Shown here in pieces: positions 38,022-38,670 of a stretch of DNA of 38,670 bases. The notes below the pieces were generated by a model. It saw only the letters and a list, made by a program, of their open reading frames with translations. It was not told the origin of the DNA and made no database searches. A program made the translations under genes and the position numbers. Source of the DNA: an uncultured Candidatus Saccharibacteria bacterium (GTDB lineage Bacteria; Patescibacteriota; Minisyncoccia; Phycocordibacterales; CSBR16-193); NCBI GenBank assembly GCA_964559575.1, contig CAZLGQ010000003.1, positions 1-38,670 on the forward strand, given 5' to 3'. How positions within the stretch are numbered: the first letter of the stretch is position 1; every line of letters begins with the position of its first letter.

Positions 38022-38354
38022 ATGAAATATAGAAGAGAAAAATTTACCTCCGTCATACAAGAAGCTGCCGGAAAATATATTTCTGAAAAAAGTTTTGATA
38101 ACGCAATGATAACCGTAACTTCGGTAATAGTTAGCAAAGACCTTTCCAGAGCAACGGTTTGTATTAGCGTTATTCCTGAAGAAAAAGAAGAAGACATCAA
38201 TAAAAAACTAAACAAAGGAAAAGGGTTGTTTGCTAAATTTATAAAAGCAAATACCAGAATATTTAAAATTCCTTACTTTTCATTTAAAATAGATGAAGGA
38301 GAAAAACACAGACAGAAAATAGACAGAATATCCATTAAAAAGAATTCTCTTTGA
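38022..38354 (+). CDS. rbfA: Ribosome-binding factor A
   Basis: ITVTSVIVSKDLSRA and IPYFSFKID; directly follows infB. Confidence 0.85.
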   Translation: MKYRREKFTSVIQEAAGKYISEKSFDNAMITVTSVIVSKDLSRATVCISVIPEEKEEDINKKLNKGKGLFAKFIKANTRIFKIPYFSFKIDEGEKHRQKIDRISIKKNSL

Positions 38355-38385
38355 AAATTTAAATATTATCGTATAATTTGGAAAT

Positions 38386-38457
38386 GGCCCGGTGGCGAAG
38401 TGGCAACGCATCGGTCTGCAAAACCGACATTCGGGGGTTCGATTCCCCCCCGGGCCT
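38386..38457 (+). tRNA. tRNA-Cys(GCA)
   Basis: GGCCCGG/CCGGGCC acceptor stem, U73 discriminator, CT-GCA-AA loop and GGTTCGATTCC. Confidence 0.96.
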
Positions 38458-38527
38458 CCTGAATTTTAAGGTTTTTAAAATTTCCAAAATTTTAAAATAA
38501 CTGTTAATATTCATTTAGAAAATAAAT

Positions 38528-38613
38528 GCCGGGGTGATGGAATCGGTAGACATGAGAGACTTAAAATCTCTTGGGCAATTAAGCCCGTGCGGGTTCAAGT
38601 CCCGCCCCCGGCA
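38528..38613 (+). tRNA. tRNA-Leu(TAA)
   Basis: GCCGGGG/CCCCGGC acceptor stem, CT-TAA-AA loop, long variable arm and GGTTCAAGTCC. Confidence 0.96.
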
Positions 38614-38670
38614 CTAATGTTAGAAAATAAGATCAGTTGAAAAATTATTAAAAAAAAGTTAATCTAACTT

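Noticed and set aside
37781-38215. 144-aa - strand ORF and the other 60-120-aa nested ORFs in the track
   Set aside because: All overlap well-supported genes on the opposite strand or in another frame and show no family motifs.
38458-38527. AT-rich quasi-palindromes between tRNA-Cys and tRNA-Leu
   Set aside because: Low-complexity A/T runs with no stable stem distinguishable from chance.
1-38670. Alternative genetic code (TGA recoded, as in Gracilibacteria)
   Set aside because: Genes translate full-length under the standard code, and TGA ends complete genes such as the permease at 342 and rbfA.

Overview
AT-rich (about 30% GC by eye), gene-dense chromosomal segment read with the standard genetic code (TGA is a stop). 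The short IF-2, ACT-less Rel, CCA-less tRNAs and absence of clear Shine-Dalgarno motifs suggest a Patescibacteria/CPR (Parcubacteria-like) genome; this is an inference. Contents in order: a MacAB/YknXYZ-type ABC exporter with two permeases, cysQ, a small glycan module (flippase, GT4, epimerase), two tandem orphan membrane histidine kinases, dus, a CapA-family gene, an FtsQ-like gene, serS, dprA, ybaK, topA, rel, parB with a long acidic repeat tail, a SET-domain gene, miaA, a three-gene membrane Clp-ATPase module, a NUDIX hydrolase, a P-loop kinase, tRNA-Trp, rpmG, tRNA-Tyr, clpB, a pseudo-protease, a cysteine desulfurase, DUF4446, infB, rbfA, tRNA-Cys and tRNA-Leu. No CRISPR array, integrase or transposase was seen. 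The best candidate for an undescribed system is 25748-28979: a membrane-anchored Clp/Hsp100 ATPase with a degenerate first AAA module and no canonical pore loops, flanked by two paralogous 'NYIxWHYTK' membrane proteins. Other notable signals are strong CCGG over-representation, many apparently leaderless genes, a structured tRNA-Trp-linked element, a ClpB with an LGF loop, and a 176-bp near-identical tract shared by the two permeases.
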